DNA of 64,000 bases from Polyangiaceae bacterium (lineage in GTDB: Bacteria > Myxococcota_A > Polyangia > Polyangiales > Polyangiaceae), in assembly GCA_044222475.1 (NCBI GenBank), contig JBGANF010000022.1, positions 16,134-80,133 on the forward strand, given 5' to 3'. Every line of letters begins with the position of its first letter. The stretch's first letter is position 1. Below are positions 1 to 9,831 of this stretch, piece after piece. Made by a program: the position numbers and the translations under genes. A model generated the notes under the pieces. That model was not told the DNA's origin. It ran no database searches and saw nothing but the letters and a program-made list of their open reading frames with translations.

Positions 1-236
1 TGGGCTTGCGCCTCCTTGTCGGTGTAGAGCGAGTACCAGAGGACGGTGAGCGAGCTCCGAACGTCACCGCGCTTCAGCAGCACCTGGTCGAGGGGCTTCA
101 GGATCGCGAGGTAGTCGTTCTCGGCGATGTGCGTCTGCTGCGCGGCGCTGACGAGAGTGTTCGCCGCGTCTTCGAAATCGCCGCGCGCCATGGCCTGACG
201 GGCGCGCTCGCGCAGGTAGTAGAGATCGTCGAGCAT
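1..236 (-). CDS. Hypothetical helical (TPR-like) protein, N-terminal part; runs off the window
   Basis: Manual translation from ATG at 236: MLDDLYYLRERARQAMARGDFEDAANTLVSAAQQ..., open to the edge with GC3-rich codons. Confidence 0.65.
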   Translation of the reverse strand, partial: MLDDLYYLRERARQAMARGDFEDAANTLVSAAQQTHIAENDYLAILKPLDQVLLKRGDVRSSLTVLWYSLYTDKEAQA

Positions 237-359
237 GGAGGCTTCACCGCCAACCTACCATGACGCTCCCGAGCGATCGGGCGCGGCCGCTGCCTCATTT
301 CTCGGCGGGAAGGGTACGTAGGGACCGCGCTTGTGCTCTCCGGGCGAGAGGGCGACAGT

Positions 360-1058
360 ATGGCCCCAGAACCCATGATCGATCTCCACGCCTGGCCCAC
401 TCCCAACGCCTTCAAGGTCGCGATTCTCCTCGAGGAGACTCAGCTCCCGTATCGCGTGATCCCCGTCGACATCGGCAAGGGCGAGCAGTTCACGCCCGAG
501 TTCCTGAAGCTCAGCCCGAACAACCGCATGCCGGCGATCGTCGACCCGGACGGACCGGGAGGCACGCCGATCACGCTGTTCGAGTCGGGGGCGATCCTGA
601 TGTACCTGGGCGAGAAGACGGGGCGCTTCTTTCCGCAAGAGATGCGCGCCCGTTACACCGTCATCCAGTGGATCATGTGGCAGATGGCCGGGGTTGGTCC
701 GATGTTCGGGCAGCTCGGGCACTTCGCGAGCTACGCGAAGGAGAAGATCCCGTACGCGATCGAGCGGTACCGCCAAGAGAGCAAGCGCCTCGTAGGGGTG
801 CTCGACCGGCGCCTCGGCGAGAGCGAGTTCGTCGCCGGCGAGTATTCCATCGCCGACATGGCCATCTACCCGTGGGTGGGAGGAATGGCTACACGCATGG
901 CCGAGCTGGTGCAGGATGCCCCGAAGGTGCAGGCGTGGATGGCGACGCTCGCGGCTCGGCCGGCGGTCCAGAGGGGGATGGCGCTCATGAAGGAGCACCG
1001 CCGAACCCAACCCTTCACGGACGAAGAGCGGAAAAACCTCTTCGAGCGCAAGTCCTAG
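360..1058 (+). CDS. Glutathione S-transferase family protein (YfcG/Nu-class-like)
   Basis: TPNAFKV, SPNNRMPAIVD, LFESGAILMYL, GPMFGQ, YSIADMAIYPW motifs. Confidence 0.92.
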   Translation: MAPEPMIDLHAWPTPNAFKVAILLEETQLPYRVIPVDIGKGEQFTPEFLKLSPNNRMPAIVDPDGPGGTPITLFESGAILMYLGEKTGRFFPQEMRARYTVIQWIMWQMAGVGPMFGQLGHFASYAKEKIPYAIERYRQESKRLVGVLDRRLGESEFVAGEYSIADMAIYPWVGGMATRMAELVQDAPKVQAWMATLAARPAVQRGMALMKEHRRTQPFTDEERKNLFERKS

Positions 1059-1152
1059 CTTTTTCCTTTTGAATCGATCCGAAATCGGTCCGTCCATCCA
1101 CCGACGTGGGTGGGTATTTCTGTCTCGAAACCGCTACGAACGAGGTTTGACC

Positions 1153-1716
1153 ATGCGTGGACGTTTCCCCCTCATCGCCTTCTCCGCCGCAACGCTCGTC
1201 GTCCTCTCGGCCGCCGGCCTTGCAGACGCGAAGCTCGCCAAGACGGGTGACGAGCCGTCGGTCGCGTTCCACGCGGTCGGCAGCGTCCCCGGCATGAAGA
1301 TCGACGGCTCGACCAACGAGCTCAACGTCACCGACGACGGGACGAACGTGAAGATCATCGTCCCGCTCGCCAAGCTCGACACGAAGATCTCGCTCCGCAA
1401 CGATCACATGCGGAACAAGTACCTCGAGGTCGGCACCTATCCGAACGCGGAGCTCACGGTTGCGCGCGGCTCGCTCAAGTTCCCGGCCGCTGGCGCTTCG
1501 AGCCAGGGTGACGCGACCGGCACGATGAAGATCCACGGCAAGGAAAAGCAGGTCACCTTCCACTACGCCGCCGGCAACTCGGGCGGGAAGATCACGGTGA
1601 AGGGGAGCGTGCACCTCAACATCAACGACTACGGGATCGTCATCCCGAGCTACGCCGGAGTGACGATGAAGCCCGACGTGGACGTGGAAGTCTCGTTCGT
1701 GGCGACCGACTCCTGA
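1153..1716 (+). CDS. YceI family periplasmic lipid/polyisoprenoid-binding protein
   Basis: Signal peptide; LDTKISLRNDHMR, G.MKIHGKEK, DYGI motifs. Confidence 0.88.
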   Translation: MRGRFPLIAFSAATLVVLSAAGLADAKLAKTGDEPSVAFHAVGSVPGMKIDGSTNELNVTDDGTNVKIIVPLAKLDTKISLRNDHMRNKYLEVGTYPNAELTVARGSLKFPAAGASSQGDATGTMKIHGKEKQVTFHYAAGNSGGKITVKGSVHLNINDYGIVIPSYAGVTMKPDVDVEVSFVATDS

Positions 1717-1719
1717 ACC

Positions 1720-2571
1720 CTACTTGCTCGGTGGCGTGCTCGTGCGCTCCGGCGTGCCCGCAGCAGCAGCAGCCTCTTCTTCCGCCCGCAGCGCGGCTGC
1801 GCGTTCTCTACGGTTCTTCGGGATGCTGATGATCGACTCGACCAGGCCGAGGACGACGTAGCAGCCGAGCAGCCACACGAGCACGAACGCCGGCTTGGTC
1901 TGGAGCGAGATCACCGCGCTCGATCCGATGATGAACAGGACCGCCGCGACCGAGACCGCGTTGAGCTTGATCTCCTTGAAGCTGCGGAACTTCACCGTCG
2001 AGACCATCAGGAAGCTCAGGAACGCGGTGAGCCCGCTGAGCGGCCAGACGTACTTCGGGCTCGCGAGGTCGCCGCCGATCGCGTGGTTCGCGATCACGAG
2101 CGAGACCAGCACGCCAGCAGCCCCCGGGATGACCAACCCGACGACGTACTTCCCGGGCTTGGTCGGAGCGCCGCCCTCGCCCATCGTGAGGACGTTGAAC
2201 CGCGCGAGACGGACCGCACCGGCGCCCACGAAGAGGAACGAGCAGACGAGCCCGACGACGCCGATCTGGTGGAGCGAGAACTGGTAGACGAGGATCGCCG
2301 GTGCGCAGCCGAACGAGACCACGTCGGCGAGCGAGTCGATCTGGAGCCCGAACGCGCTCTGGGTCTTGGTCAGGCGGGCGACGCGCCCGTCGAGCATGTC
2401 GAAAATGAGCGCGAACACGAGGAGAATCGAGGCGCGGTAGAAGTCGTCCCCCTCGCCTCGAGCGGACAGCCGCATCGAGTCGAACCCGCAGAAGATCGAC
2501 GAAAGCGTGATCATGTTGGGCAGCAAGAAGAGGGTCTTCTTGAGGTCGATACGACGCGTGCGGGGGGTCAA
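1720..2571 (-). CDS. pssA: CDP-diacylglycerol--serine O-phosphatidyltransferase
   Basis: LPNMITL; DMLDGRVARLTKTQSAFGLQIDSLADVVSFG CDP-alcohol phosphotransferase motif; RLARFN; TTG start behind a purine-rich RBS. Confidence 0.9.
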   Translation of the reverse strand: MTPRTRRIDLKKTLFLLPNMITLSSIFCGFDSMRLSARGEGDDFYRASILLVFALIFDMLDGRVARLTKTQSAFGLQIDSLADVVSFGCAPAILVYQFSLHQIGVVGLVCSFLFVGAGAVRLARFNVLTMGEGGAPTKPGKYVVGLVIPGAAGVLVSLVIANHAIGGDLASPKYVWPLSGLTAFLSFLMVSTVKFRSFKEIKLNAVSVAAVLFIIGSSAVISLQTKPAFVLVWLLGCYVVLGLVESIISIPKNRRERAAALRAEEEAAAAAGTPERTSTPPSK

Positions 2572-2733
2572 GGCTCCAAATCCTCCTCGGTCGGCGAAGA
2601 CCGACCGGAGCGCATACGTCCGGCGTCGCCCAATGTCCCCCAACTGGTTCGCGAGGACAAGGGTCGGCGCTCCTCGCCGAGTTTTTGCCGAAAATTGGCA
2701 GGATCGGGCGGGGGGGCCTACGCTTGAGGCGAG

Positions 2734-3555
2734 ATGCGATCGCTCACCGTCGTGGTGCTTCTGTCCCTGTGCGCCGCGTGCGCCCAAAGCGCCGAGGAGC
2801 GTCAGCTCGCCGAGCTGCAGAAGGAGCTCCTCCAGGTCCAGAACGATCACGACAAGTTCGACCAGCGGCTCTCGTCGCTGGAGATCAAGGCGGCCGACGA
2901 AGCACCGAAGCCGCCCCCCGCCTCGTCCGGCCCGAACACGCCCCCGCTTCGCGTCGTACACCTCAACCCGGACGGCTCCGAGGTCAGCGCCTCGTCGAGC
3001 GAAGCCGCCGGCGCCAGCACGGTCGACGACGATGCGCCGCGGCCGGTGATCCGCGTCCAAGGCGGGCCCGCCGTCAAACGCGGCGGCAAAGGAAGCGGCG
3101 ACGTCATCGAGCAGACGATGCCCGACGAAGTCGGGCCTGCCGGGCCGCCCATCACGACGGGCGCGAAGCCGCCCAGCGCGCTCGATCCCGAAGCGAAGCG
3201 CACGTACGACGCCGCGCTCGCGCTCGTGAACGCGAAGCAATACGACAAGGGCCTCGAGGCGCTCGCCGCGTTCCTCGTTCGCTACCCCGACCATCCGTAC
3301 GCTGCGAACGCCACCTACTGGCGAGGCGAGTGCTACTTCGCACAGGGCCAGTACGTGCGCGCGGTCGAGCAGTTCGAAGGGATCCTCGCGCGCTACCCCC
3401 TCGGCAACAAGACGCCGGACGCGCTCCTCAAGCTCGGACTCTGCCAACAGAAGCTCGGCAACCCGGCGAAGGCGAAGACCTACTTCGACAAGCTCCAGGC
3501 CGAATATCCGCGGAGTGACGCCGCCAAGCTCATCCCCAGTTCGGAGCAAAAATGA
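2734..3555 (+). CDS. cpoB: Tol-Pal-associated TPR protein YbgF/CpoB-like lipoprotein
   Basis: Lipobox, coiled coil, C-terminal TPRs (YPDHPYAANATYWRGE, YPLGNKTPDALLKLG). Confidence 0.8.
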   Translation: MRSLTVVVLLSLCAACAQSAEERQLAELQKELLQVQNDHDKFDQRLSSLEIKAADEAPKPPPASSGPNTPPLRVVHLNPDGSEVSASSSEAAGASTVDDDAPRPVIRVQGGPAVKRGGKGSGDVIEQTMPDEVGPAGPPITTGAKPPSALDPEAKRTYDAALALVNAKQYDKGLEALAAFLVRYPDHPYAANATYWRGECYFAQGQYVRAVEQFEGILARYPLGNKTPDALLKLGLCQQKLGNPAKAKTYFDKLQAEYPRSDAAKLIPSSEQK

Positions 3556-4916
3556 CTCGGTATCGTTTCCCGCGCCCCGCCTATCGGCGCGCCTTCGCGT
3601 TCGTCACCGCGGCGCTCATCCCGGTCTCGACGGTGACGGTCGTCTTCGCCCAGCAGGTGCAGGGCGGCGGCGCCGCGCCCGGCGGCACCGGTGGAACCAG
3701 CAGCAGCTCCATCACCGTCTACCCCGGCGGCGTCGCGCCTCCGCCTCCCGGCGTTCCGCTCGGCGGCGGCAACAACACGGGTGCCTCTTCGCGCCCGTAC
3801 GATCCGAACCACCCGGACGGCTTCGACCTCGGTCGCTCGAGCGGTGGCTCCACCGTGCTGACCGGCAACCCGAACGGCAGCGCCGACCTCGGTCACTCGA
3901 GCGGCACGACGCTCACCCTCGGCGATGGCCTGATTCCCGACCCGTACATCGTCAAGCGCGGCGACACCCTATGGGCGATCTGCGACACGTTCTTCAAGAA
4001 CCCGTACCAGTGGCCTCGCATCTGGTCGTACAACCCGCAGATCCAGAACCCGCACTGGATCTACCCCGGCGACGCGCTCCGCTTGCGCGGCCCCGGCGGC
4101 GATGGCGGTGGTGTGACGACGGCGACGCCGCAGCCGCAAACGACTGGCAACCTGATCGATCGTCGTCGCCAGGTCGCGCCGCAGACGATCTTCCTGCGAG
4201 ACACCGGCTTCGTCGACGAGGACGACAAGGACAACTGGGGCGAGATCACCGGCGCCCCGGTCGACAAGATGTTCCTCACCGACACCGACGAGATCTACCT
4301 CAAGGTCGGACCCGGGAAAGACGTGAAGGTCGGCCAAGAGCTCACGATCTTCCGGCCCGTGCGCAAGGTGGCGGGCGGCAAGCTCGTGCAGATCCAGGGC
4401 ACGGTGAAGGTCAACGCGTGGAACGAGAAGGATCGCGTCGCTCGCGGGACCATCACCGAGACGCTCGACGTCATCGAGCGCGGCGCTCGCATCGGCCCGA
4501 TCGGTCGCAAGTTCGACGTCGTCCCGCCGTCGCGCAACGACCAAGAGATCAAAGCGCAGGTGCTCGCGAGCGTGTACCCGCACAACTTCTACGGTCAGAA
4601 CCAGGTCGTCTTCATCGACAAGGGCGAGGCCGACGGCGTGAAGGTCGGCAACCGTATGTTCATCCTCCGGCGCGGAGACGCGTGGCGTCAGAGCCTCGCC
4701 TCCGACGTGGCGGGGTCGCGCATCGCTCTCGAGGACGAGTCACCGGCCGCGGTGGAGCGAATCCCGAGCGGGGTCGGCGACGGGAAGCTCCCGGTCGAGG
4801 TCATCGGCGAGCTGCGCGTGCTCCAGACGAAGCAGCACACCAGCGCCTGCCTCGTCACCCAGTCGACGCGCGAGATCGAGCTCGGCGACGACGCGGTCGC
4901 GCGCAAAGGTTATTGA
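3552..4916 (+). CDS. LysM peptidoglycan-binding protein (TsaP-like)
   Basis: YIVKRGDTLWAI...WPRIWSYNPQIQNPHWIYPGD; ATGA overlap with the upstream gene. Confidence 0.85.
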   Translation: MTRYRFPRPAYRRAFAFVTAALIPVSTVTVVFAQQVQGGGAAPGGTGGTSSSSITVYPGGVAPPPPGVPLGGGNNTGASSRPYDPNHPDGFDLGRSSGGSTVLTGNPNGSADLGHSSGTTLTLGDGLIPDPYIVKRGDTLWAICDTFFKNPYQWPRIWSYNPQIQNPHWIYPGDALRLRGPGGDGGGVTTATPQPQTTGNLIDRRRQVAPQTIFLRDTGFVDEDDKDNWGEITGAPVDKMFLTDTDEIYLKVGPGKDVKVGQELTIFRPVRKVAGGKLVQIQGTVKVNAWNEKDRVARGTITETLDVIERGARIGPIGRKFDVVPPSRNDQEIKAQVLASVYPHNFYGQNQVVFIDKGEADGVKVGNRMFILRRGDAWRQSLASDVAGSRIALEDESPAAVERIPSGVGDGKLPVEVIGELRVLQTKQHTSACLVTQSTREIELGDDAVARKGY

Positions 4917-5683
4917 TCCGCGCTCCAGCGCGCGAGATCGAGCGCGAACTCCTTCGCGGACGCGAAGCGGTCGTCGCGAGAAGCGGCCAGCGCTCGCGCG
5001 ATGATCGCATCGAGGCCGGGATCGACTCCTGCGCCCGGGCGAGGGGCGTTCATCAGCGCCTCGAAGAACGCGCCGATGGGAGCGGGCTCGAAGACGTGCC
5101 GACCCGTGACCGCGCGGAAGAGCGTGGCGCCGAGCGCGTAGAGATCCGCGCGCCCGTCGAGGGGCTCGCCTCGCGCTTGCTCCGGAGCCTTGAACGCGGC
5201 CGTTCCGGCGTCGTCGCCGGGCGATCCAGCGGGGGTCGCCAGACCGACGTCCAAGAGCTTCGCGTTCACGTGGTCGCCGGCGACGAGGAACACGTTCCCG
5301 GGTTTTACGTCGCGATGGACGAAGCCGAGCTGGTGGATCTCGGCGAGGGCGTCGAGGATCTGCAGCCCGATCGCGACCGCCCGGGCCGGCGCGATCGGTC
5401 CCTGCTCGTCGATCACGCGCTCGAGCGTCGTCCCTTCGAGGTACTCGTGGACCACGAACGGCGGGTCGTCGCCGCGGCCGGCGACGCGCACCGCGTGGGG
5501 GCTCGTGAGGCGCGCACCGAGCTCGGCCTCGCGCGCGATGCGCGCGGCATCCTCCGCTCGCCCCAGCTTGATCGCCACCCGCGCTCCGGTCACGCGATCG
5601 TGCGCGGCGACCACCGCGCCCATGCCGCCGCGCCCGAGCTCGCGCTCCACCTCGTAGCGCCCGGCGACGACCAGGCCCTTCAA
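4910..5683 (-). CDS. Ser/Thr protein kinase (kinase domain only)
   Basis: LGRGGMGAV, VAIK, HRDVKPGN, DVG, APEQ, DLYALG. Confidence 0.88.
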   Translation of the reverse strand: MKGLVVAGRYEVERELGRGGMGAVVAAHDRVTGARVAIKLGRAEDAARIAREAELGARLTSPHAVRVAGRGDDPPFVVHEYLEGTTLERVIDEQGPIAPARAVAIGLQILDALAEIHQLGFVHRDVKPGNVFLVAGDHVNAKLLDVGLATPAGSPGDDAGTAAFKAPEQARGEPLDGRADLYALGATLFRAVTGRHVFEPAPIGAFFEALMNAPRPGAGVDPGLDAIIARALAASRDDRFASAKEFALDLARWSADQ

Positions 5684-6420
5684 TCGTAGCGCTCCGAGTG
5701 AACTTGCTCTCGCGCGAGGCCCATCTCCTTGCGGAGCAGATCCCGCACCGCGCCCACCATGCGCTGGAGACCGCAGACGTAGACGTGGCCGGTGCCCTCG
5801 CCCCGCGCCCCGAGCTCCGCCCAGAGCTCCTTAACGTGCGCTTGGACGTAGCCGCGCCGTCCGCTCCATCCGTCCGCCGGCCGCGATAGTGTGTATTCTA
5901 CACGAACGTTCGGATGGACGCGCGCGAGCTCGCCGAGCTCGTCGCGGTAGAGGATGTCCTCCTCGGTGCGGTTGCCGACGAGCACCCACAGAGCGCGCTT
6001 CTCGCCGGTGGCGAGCGCGTGGCGGAGCATGCTCCGCATCGGGGTGAAGCCGGTGCCGGTGCCGACGAAGAGGGAGGGACCCGATTTCTCGGCCGGGCGC
6101 GTGAAGAATCCCTGGGGTCCGATCACCGGGATCTCGGCGCCGATCGGCATGGCGTGGAGGATCGTCGACCCCGGCCCGCCGCTCACGTGCGTGACCGCGA
6201 CCTCGAAGCGCGGCGATCCGTCGGGCGGCGACGCGATCGAGTACGCGCGTCGCAGCTCGCCTCCCGGCATCGACTCCATCGGGAGCGCCAGGCTGACCCA
6301 CTGGCCGGCGTCGAAGATCATGGGGGCGCCGTCGCCTCGCTCGAAGACCAGCTCGCGCACCGCTGGCGTGAGCATGCGCGCGGACACGAGCTTGGCGGCG
6401 AACGTCGGGGGAACGGGCAT
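5680..6420 (-). CDS. Ferredoxin-NADP reductase-type FAD/NAD(P)-binding oxidoreductase
   Basis: RRAYSIAS, GPQGFF, GTGTGFTP, YVCG, terminal ERYD. Confidence 0.88.
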   Translation of the reverse strand: MPVPPTFAAKLVSARMLTPAVRELVFERGDGAPMIFDAGQWVSLALPMESMPGGELRRAYSIASPPDGSPRFEVAVTHVSGGPGSTILHAMPIGAEIPVIGPQGFFTRPAEKSGPSLFVGTGTGFTPMRSMLRHALATGEKRALWVLVGNRTEEDILYRDELGELARVHPNVRVEYTLSRPADGWSGRRGYVQAHVKELWAELGARGEGTGHVYVCGLQRMVGAVRDLLRKEMGLAREQVHSERYD

Positions 6421-6433
6421 CGTCGATGGGCCC

Positions 6434-7057
6434 TCAAGCTCGAGGGAGCGCTTCCTTTCGGTACGCGAACGCCGCCTTGACGCGAGAGTGCGCGCGAAAG
6501 GCGAGGTCCATCTTGAGCACGGCGTCGAGGAACGCATCGCGACCGAGCCCGCGCTCGCGCGCGACCGCGATCAACGCGGTGATCGGTCCAGTCGCGTCTT
6601 CGGCGTGGAACAGCGCACCGCCGAGGAGCGCGACGTCGACCGTGGCGTCGTGGCGCGCGGCCACGACCCGGCCGTCGACGAACCCGCCAGCGCGGCGGAG
6701 CGCGTCCGCGAGCCCCAAGGTGGCTTCGACCCGAAACGCCGCGCCGCTCCAGGCGTCCTCGAGGCGGAAGCCGCCTTTCTCGGCGCTGACGCGAAAGAGC
6801 CCGCGGTGGGCGCGCGTCAGTGGTTCGAGCCAGAAGCGAACCCCGTCGTCGAGGAGCGGCTCGAGCTCGGATCCGAAGCTCTGGGTCGTGAGCGCGTCGT
6901 CCCAGAACGCCGCGCTGCGCGCTTCGAACCACGGATCGTCCGGGGTGTAGGTGCCGGTGCGCTCCTCGAACCGGGCGCGCATCGCGGCGATTCGCGCGGC
7001 GTGACGCGACTCGCCGGCGTGCTCCAGCATCAGGTCGATGCTCGCTGAGAGGTGCAT
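6434..7057 (-). CDS. Hypothetical protein
   Basis: Coding-like ORF co-oriented with the downstream oxidoreductase; start uncertain. Confidence 0.65.
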   Translation of the reverse strand: MHLSASIDLMLEHAGESRHAARIAAMRARFEERTGTYTPDDPWFEARSAAFWDDALTTQSFGSELEPLLDDGVRFWLEPLTRAHRGLFRVSAEKGGFRLEDAWSGAAFRVEATLGLADALRRAGGFVDGRVVAARHDATVDVALLGGALFHAEDATGPITALIAVARERGLGRDAFLDAVLKMDLAFRAHSRVKAAFAYRKEALPRA

Positions 7058-7125
7058 CTGGAGGACTCGGAGCCCGGAGCATACACCTTGCGCTTCGCCG
7101 TCCCAGTTTGCGATCATCCGCGGTG

Positions 7126-7548
7126 ATGCAGAATCGTGTGTTCTTCCCCCAAGCGGCGTTCGACCAGTGGCTGGTCGAGGGTGCGATCGATCTCGCCGGG
7201 AACGAGCTCACGATCCTCGCCGAAGGTCGGCGCTACCGCATCGCCGAGGCCATCCGCGTCCTCCGCGAGGTCACCGGGACGCCGGACGCGAACGACATCG
7301 TCGGGCGCGTGAAATCGAAGGTCTTCTTCGAGCAGCTAGGGGCCGAGATCCTCGAGGGCTCGATGATCATCGGCGACAACGCCTACGACATCATCCAAGG
7401 CTGGCTCGGAGTCCCGGCGACGAGCTTCAACGAGCACAAGAGCTCGGATGCCTGGAAGCGAGCGCGCGGAAGTCAGCCCGACTTCCCCGCAGAGGAGCCC
7501 CGCACCGATGAGGACCTGCTCGCCAAGTTCCTGATCAAGAACCTCTGA
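7126..7548 (+). CDS. Hypothetical protein
   Basis: Good codon bias, globular composition; first gene before ccsA-hemA. Confidence 0.75.
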   Translation: MQNRVFFPQAAFDQWLVEGAIDLAGNELTILAEGRRYRIAEAIRVLREVTGTPDANDIVGRVKSKVFFEQLGAEILEGSMIIGDNAYDIIQGWLGVPATSFNEHKSSDAWKRARGSQPDFPAEEPRTDEDLLAKFLIKNL

Positions 7549-7569
7549 CCGCGGATTTCTCGGCCGTTT

Positions 7570-8463
7570 TTGCCTCGGGTGGGGCGAACGACTAGACTCC
7601 CGGCGTTGTCCCCTCTGATCGCCGATCTGCTGCTCTACTCGACCGTCGCGAGCTATTTCGCGGCCACGGTGCTGTTTCTGTTGCACCTCTCGGGGCGAAA
7701 GAGCTTCCAGACCGCCGCGCCCAAGGCGGTCGCGCTCGTGGGTGCCGGCGCGGCGCTCCACGTCGCCCACATCATCGTCGCGTCGATGGTGCTCCGCGTG
7801 TGCCCGGTCAAGGGGATCCACTTCACGATGAGCGTCGTCTCCGCGCTCGCGTGCATCGTCTTCCTCGCCGTGCGCTTTCGCTACAAGGTCGACGTCGTCG
7901 GCGTCATCGTCGCGCCCGTCGCGCTCACGTTCCTCCTCGCGTCGGTCGTCGTCGGCCGCGGTGAAAGCGCCGACGCCGGGCCCATGAAGAGCGCGATCCT
8001 CCCGCTCCACGTGCTCGCGAACATGCTCGGCGAGGCGCTGTTCCTCCTCGCGTTCGCGGCTGCCGTCGCCTACCTCGTCCAAGAGCGGCGCTTGAAGCAG
8101 AAGCGCCTCACCGGATTGTTCCAACGCCTGCCCCCGCTCGACACGCTCGATCGCGCCGAGCACGGGTTCCTGCTCGCCGGCTTCCTCCCGCTCACCGTGG
8201 GCATCGTCACGGGCGCGCTCTGGGCGCGAAAGGTCGAGGCCGGCAACGTCGTCGACGTGTGGCGCGCCGCGTTCGGGTACGCGACGTGGGGTCTCTTCGC
8301 GAGCGTCCTCCTGATGCGCACGATCGGCGGTTGGCGCGGCCGCCGCGCCGCCTACGGCACCATCGCGGGCTTCGGGTTCGCCGTCGCCGTGCTCTTGATC
8401 TACCTCTTTCGCACGCAGAGCGATCTGGGCCCGGTCGCGCAGCTCGTGATGGAGCCGCGGTGA
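7570..8463 (+). CDS. ccsA: Cytochrome c assembly protein CcsA/HemX-like membrane protein
   Basis: About 8 TM segments; LPLHV, LPPLDTLD, TGALWA, GWRGRRAA; adjacent to hemA; start uncertain. Confidence 0.82.
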   Translation: MPRVGRTTRLPALSPLIADLLLYSTVASYFAATVLFLLHLSGRKSFQTAAPKAVALVGAGAALHVAHIIVASMVLRVCPVKGIHFTMSVVSALACIVFLAVRFRYKVDVVGVIVAPVALTFLLASVVVGRGESADAGPMKSAILPLHVLANMLGEALFLLAFAAAVAYLVQERRLKQKRLTGLFQRLPPLDTLDRAEHGFLLAGFLPLTVGIVTGALWARKVEAGNVVDVWRAAFGYATWGLFASVLLMRTIGGWRGRRAAYGTIAGFGFAVAVLLIYLFRTQSDLGPVAQLVMEPR

Positions 8464-9809
8464 GCGCGGGCATCGTCGTCGTCGGGCTCTCGCACCGCAC
8501 GGCCCCGGTCGAGGTGCGCGAGCGCTTCGCGACCTCCACCGACGCGCTTCCGCAGGTGCTCGCTCGCCTCGCCGCGCGCCACGAGCTCGACGAGGTGATG
8601 TTTCTCTCCACCTGCAACCGCGTCGAGGTCTTCGCGCGCCCGCGCGCCGAGACCGACGAGGGTCGCGTCACCGCCATCCGCGCCATCCGCGAGGTCCTCA
8701 GCGGTCACGCCGAGGTGCCGGAGAACGATCTCGGTCGCGTCCTCTACGAGAAGGACGGCAACGACGCGCTCCGTCACATCTTCCGCGTCGCCGCGAGCCT
8801 CGACTCGATGGTCCTCGGCGAGCCGCAGATCCTCGGTCAGGTGAAGAGCGCCTACGACGCCGCGCTCGCCGCCGGATCGCTCAAGACGTATCTCGGCCGC
8901 GCCGTTCAGCGTGCGTTCAGCGCCGCGAAGCGCGTCCGCTCGGAGACGGCGCTCGGCGCAGGCACCGTCAGCATCTCGAGCGTCGCGGTCGACCTCGCGC
9001 GCAGCGTCTTCGGCGATCTGAAGAAGCACGGCGTCTTGTTGGTCGGCGCCGGCGAGATGGCCGAGGCCGCGGCCAAGAGCCTCGGCAAGGGCGCGCGCGG
9101 CGTGCGCGTGTGCAACCGAAGCCTCGAACGCGCCGAGGCGCTCGCTCAGGAGATCGAGGGCGTGGCGGCGCCGTTCAGCGCTCTCGAGCACGAGCTCGCG
9201 ACGTCGGACGTCGTGGTCGCGAGCACGGCGAGCCGCACCTTCGTCATCACGCCCGACCTCGTTCGTCGAGCGATGAAGGCGCGGCGGGGGCGCACGCTCC
9301 TCATCGTCGACATCGCCGTTCCGCGCAACGTCGATCCCCAAGTCCACGAGATCGACAACGTCTTCGTCTATGACATCGACGACCTCGAGCAGCAGGTCGC
9401 GCTCGGCCTCGAGGCCCGCAAGGGCGAGGTCGACAAGGCCGAGGCCATCGTCGACGAGGAGCTCAAGGCGCTCCTCACGTGGTCGCAAGGACTCGACGTG
9501 CAACCGGTGATCGTCGCGCTGCGCGCTCGTACCAAATCGGTACTCGTCACGGAGCTCGAGCGGAGCTTGTCGGGGAAGCTGAAGCATCTCGGCGAGGGCG
9601 AGCGCGCGGCGCTCTTCCAGATGGTCGAGAGCGCGACGAACAAGCTGCTCCACGCCCCGATGACGCGGCTCCGCGAGGGCGCGAAGAGCGAAGGCGGCTC
9701 GCAGCTCGCGGGCGCCGCGCGAACCCTCTTCGATCTACCCGACGCGCCGCGCGAAGAAGAAGACGACGAGCCCGCCGAGGGCGAGACCGACAAGCGAACG
9801 ATCCAGTGA
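8460..9809 (+). CDS. hemA: Glutamyl-tRNA reductase
   Basis: GLSHRTAPVEVRE, LSTCNRVE, SLDSMVLGEPQILGQVK, GAGEMA, DIAVPRN; GTGA overlap. Confidence 0.97.
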   Translation: MSAGIVVVGLSHRTAPVEVRERFATSTDALPQVLARLAARHELDEVMFLSTCNRVEVFARPRAETDEGRVTAIRAIREVLSGHAEVPENDLGRVLYEKDGNDALRHIFRVAASLDSMVLGEPQILGQVKSAYDAALAAGSLKTYLGRAVQRAFSAAKRVRSETALGAGTVSISSVAVDLARSVFGDLKKHGVLLVGAGEMAEAAAKSLGKGARGVRVCNRSLERAEALAQEIEGVAAPFSALEHELATSDVVVASTASRTFVITPDLVRRAMKARRGRTLLIVDIAVPRNVDPQVHEIDNVFVYDIDDLEQQVALGLEARKGEVDKAEAIVDEELKALLTWSQGLDVQPVIVALRARTKSVLVTELERSLSGKLKHLGEGERAALFQMVESATNKLLHAPMTRLREGAKSEGGSQLAGAARTLFDLPDAPREEEDDEPAEGETDKRTIQ

Positions 9810-9831
9810 CGGCTGCAGGGCGTCCTGCTGA

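Noticed and set aside
7570..9809. ccsA-hemA linkage as a novelty
   Set aside because: A familiar arrangement in this group of bacteria
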